Shown piece by piece: positions 63,716-64,000 of a stretch of DNA of 64,000 bases. Made by a program: the position numbers and the translations under genes. Under the pieces are notes generated by a model, which was not told the origin of the DNA, ran no database searches, and was given only the letters and a program-made list of their open reading frames with translations. Within the stretch, counting starts at the first letter, position 1; each line of letters starts with the position of its first letter. The stretch spans positions 10,025-74,024 of the forward strand of contig NW_021836303.1 of assembly GCF_006345805.1 (NCBI RefSeq). Reading direction: 5' to 3'. The DNA is from Octopus sinensis. Its lineage: Eukaryota.

Positions 63716-64000
63716 AAGATATATCCATTCAAAATAGATGAATCTATATTTACAGACCTACATTAACATCAAGACTGTAGTATGTTGAGTTAAGCGAGCA
63801 CTCCCCACCTACATCCTCACTAATCCTTAGGTATTTCAATAAATAAATAAATAAATAAATAAATAAAAACAACAAAAAATATCAAGGAAATAAGGAATAT
63901 CTCTTTCAATAAGTCTACTGATATTTTCGTAAAGATATTTCTTCAATTTGGAATATTTACCAAGAAAAAAAAATCACTTCAGCTACAAGAAAATCTCTCA

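Noticed and set aside
1-64000. CRISPR-like or prokaryotic defence arrays
   Set aside because: The repeat-spacer-like patterns (5167, 31273, 63208) are eukaryotic minisatellites with microsatellite spacers; no cas genes or operon structure

Overview
Animal genomic DNA: AT-rich, saturated with repeats and very dense in microsatellites. The SINE families and repeat density suggest a cephalopod, probably Octopus (inference). I recognise no host protein-coding gene, and most ORF-track entries are microsatellite artefacts. The recognisable coding remnants all come from transposable elements: (1) a mariner transposase C-terminus with one TIR (7969-8199); (2) a truncated R4/Dong-type non-LTR retrotransposon RT next to a (TAA)n tract (8200-10215); (3) a decayed Helitron Rep/PIF1-helicase (about 12878-18280, minus strand) interrupted by four SINEs with clean target-site duplications; (4) a CR1/L2-like LINE 3' end (44130-44500). 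There are also two non-autonomous Helitrons, dozens of tRNA-derived SINEs built from interchangeable heads and tails, several tandem duplications and four long fold-back or TIR structures. The least expected signal is nine hammerhead-ribozyme-like motifs from at least six unrelated sequence families, on both strands. Three have the canonical CUGANGA/GAAA/UH core. The rest carry variant cores (CUGUAGA, CCGACGA, CUGAUGC, AUGAUGA), and the two families present in more than one copy keep their deviation in both copies. Most have very short or palindromic stem III, as in Penelope-like-element and retrozyme minimal hammerheads. There is also a 69-nt pre-miRNA-like hairpin. All coordinates were read by eye, so element ends may be off by several bases.
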